64,000 nucleotides of DNA from Saccostrea echinata (taxonomy: Eukaryota). The stretch lies in NCBI RefSeq assembly GCF_033153115.1, contig NW_026889771.1:8308001-8372000 (forward strand), in the 5' to 3' direction. Every line of letters starts with the position of its first letter. The stretch's first letter is position 1. The translations under genes and the position numbers were made by a program. The notes below the pieces were generated by a model that worked only from the letters and a program-made list of their open reading frames with translations, was not told where the DNA came from and ran no database searches. Below are positions 61,401 to 64,000 of the stretch, in pieces.

Positions 61401-62703
61401 CAAAATTTATTCTTTTATTAAAAAAATAATGTGGTATTCATGGGGTTCGAACCCTAGCAATAAAAATCCTGAGTACATGTATCATTTTCTTTCGAGACTA
61501 GCACGCTAACCACTAGACTACACAAGTCCTGATGAAGAGTGGCATTTAAATCATGTTTGTGATATGACCCTTGACTTAATGGACTTCAAGTATTTCTCGA
61601 CAAGATGCAAATGTGTCCTGAAAGTATATTTTTAAGGTATAGTGGGTCATTGCTCCATATTTTTGGTAACCAAAAATGTATATTTTTATGCAAACTTTGA
61701 GGATTAACTTTCAAAAAAGTGGAGCGAAGACCCACTAATATCGAAAAATTGTGTTATAGTATGAGAAAATGACTCTCTTTGTCCGCTTTAGTGTGTATAT
61801 AATATTTCATAGGCAAATAATTTCAATCTTTGAGAGATTTATGCAAATTGTAGAGATTTTACATAAAGTATATTTTAATGTTGGACGAAATATCAAGGAA
61901 AATTTTGATATAATTGAAATTTAATTTTTCATCTTCATGTTTATCACACTATAGGCTTATCGCTCGTCATGTTCACCCATCTTCTTTCTATTTTTATTCA
62001 TATCATACTATTTATATAAACCTTTAGAAGGCTGAGTGCGAGTGTAATCAACCACTGTGTTGTGGTAATACTAGTTCTCAATTCGTTGATCCACCAATTT
62101 AGGGATTATTTAACAACAACAACAACAAAAAAAACAACACACATCTTGGATATTGATTATTTGTGGTACGAGTCCCATAGAAAGCATTTTATTTGGTGGT
62201 GGAGATGTGTGGGTGCGCGTGTGTGTTTATGGGGGAATAATTTAGAAGAAATTCTTGACAGGTTAAAAAAGGGGAATTTTTGAGGGGATGCACCAAAGAA
62301 TTAGCTTTGTTTTAACGAGTAGAATATACTGATAAAATGATAAAGGTGGATAACCTTTGTTTTCTATTGTAAAGACACTTGCAAATTCGTACAAGATTTA
62401 TATACTGTGCATTAGTAAATTCACCAGAATGATTATAATTCTGTATAATCTTCAAATATTTCGTCTATTAATTCACGGAGCTGTAAAGTGATGAAAAAAT
62501 ATTTAATACATTTGAAATCGGTTTTCCTTTTTCAGTTGATGGAAAGTGGGCGAACTGGGGTAGCTGGACAAAGTGCAGTCGGACCTGCGGACAAGGCATC
62601 CATCTGCGTGAGAGAACGTGTACTGACCCATTTCCTAATGGTGGCAAAATCTGTGACGGATCTGGAACAGAAATTGCCCACTGCTTTCGAGAGCCATGTT
62701 CAA
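55483..62703 (+). CDS. Secreted thrombospondin type-1 repeat protein (hemicentin/coadhesin/SCO-spondin-like); at least 8 TSP1 domains; 3' end outside the window
   Basis: Phase-consistent GT-AG exon chain: 55483-55500, 56419-56467, 56671-56867, 57016-57073, 57280-57456, 57538-57668, 57974-58202, 58470-58655, 58746-58916, 59230-59294, 59447-59648, 60396-60563, 60698-61207, 62536-62703. Signal peptide MFMLYKVFGTGLLLALLLECAYA and repeated WxxWxxWxxCSxxCG..R.R.C motifs. The first three exons are less certain than the TSP1 exons. Confidence 0.88.
61243..61985. mobile_element. Kolobok-like non-autonomous element in a TSP1-gene intron
   Basis: TIR aggagatgggcgaacat..agcctatag / ctataggct..atgttcacccatcttct. 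TTAA on the left, decayed on the right. Confidence 0.65.
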
Positions 62704-64000
62704 GTAAAATTCTTTATTGGGTTAATAGACACATTTTCCTTACTGTTTTTGAAATTTTGGCCAGGGTTCTTTTCATATAGATAATTAAATAAAAAAAGAC
62801 CGGGGGTTATGGATGTCCCCCCCCCCCTTCCTTGTTGTACGGTGGCTATGAGATCTACAGACATTCGCAGTAGGCGATTTTGACAAGTCATGATATACAA
62901 ATTTTATTAGATACATGTACTGATAATTTCAAACATCGAAACTAAATACGTTAATTCAAATGTCATTTCTAAACCGATCTCACAAAATTCTATTTCCTTG
63001 CTTGTGCACAGTGTCATACTGATAACTGTAATTAATTGCATATTTGATTAAAAGTTTGATTTCATGATAAGATCACGTGACCATTAGCTGATTTGAGGCT
63101 ACAATCATTGGTGTCATAGATCATGATTGGTGACCATGAATACTGTCATGCTGTAAATTTGAATTAGTCGGGTAGCAGTAAACATGACAGTACAGTGAGT
63201 ACCCTAGAACCCTCATTGTTTTGGGGGACGAATGTTCCTGGATTTCGTTGGTCACCCTTACTCACAAAGAAGAAGGGCTATTTGGCGTGTGATCTGCAGG
63301 AATCGTGTGTACGAATAATTTAAAGTTTAAATGCCCAATCAAACAGACGATTTGGTCGACTGACCACAGCTGGACAGACTTTACAAAGTTACGCACAAAA
63401 CGTTATATACTAATACATAGAAATTTATACCTTTTCAAGTTGTAATATTTAAGGAGGTTCGATCCTGAGCTTTTGAGCAGATTTTGGTCAGGACCTTTAT
63501 TTCTAAAATTCTGCATCATTTTTATGTTCTAACATTGAATCTGGATTCTACAATGCAAATTAAACTATATCCAATGAAAAAACCGCGATGAAATTCCATT
63601 AAAATAGGATTAAGCCAGGAACTATATTTTGTGGCGGAAGGTTTTTTTTTTAGAAGAAAATGACCAATTTTTCCCTTTTGGAATATATACAGTACTGTTA
63701 AGTTTAGATTCCTTTTTTTCCATGCTGGTTGCACACAGAGCTGTTTTTTGCAGTGAAATGTTTTATGCTGGCTCTGAAATATCTATTAAATTATTTCTTA
63801 TGAATTCTTTCATTATATTGTGACAAATATAGTAGATATATTCTGAAAGTCCAGGAAAAAATTGAGCCAATTTTAACATAAAATTAACACTTTTTTAGTA
63901 ATATTTAAAAATTTATTATATCATAGACCCCCACTTTTGTTTTTCTTTTCTGAATATATAAGATAACTTTAATCAATCTGCTTAAATTCAGCAAAAGTTT

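Overview
AT-rich eukaryotic DNA with spliceosomal introns. The repeat content (V/Meta-type tRNA-SINEs, pearl/HINE-like elements, a Cg170-like satellite) points to a bivalve, probably an oyster; this is inference. Positions 1-51.4 kb hold seven TRIM56-like genes (RING, two B-boxes, coiled coil, variable linker, NHL-like beta-propeller), each with its whole CDS in one exon. They fall into two sequence subfamilies, called here type 1 and type 2. Six of the seven form head-to-head type1/type2 pairs: A(-)/B(+), C(-)/D(+) and F(-)/G(+). Both members of C/D carry frameshifts; E is unpaired. From 55.5 kb a multi-exon secreted thrombospondin type-1 repeat gene (at least 8 TSP1 domains) runs off the right edge; one TSP1 domain holds a ~120-aa basic insert with a furin-type site. 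Intergenic DNA is dense with nested non-autonomous transposons. These include an unclassified element with a 13-bp inverted repeat and a ~160-nt terminal hairpin showing fully compensatory changes between copies. A 140-N assembly gap lies at 16438-16577.
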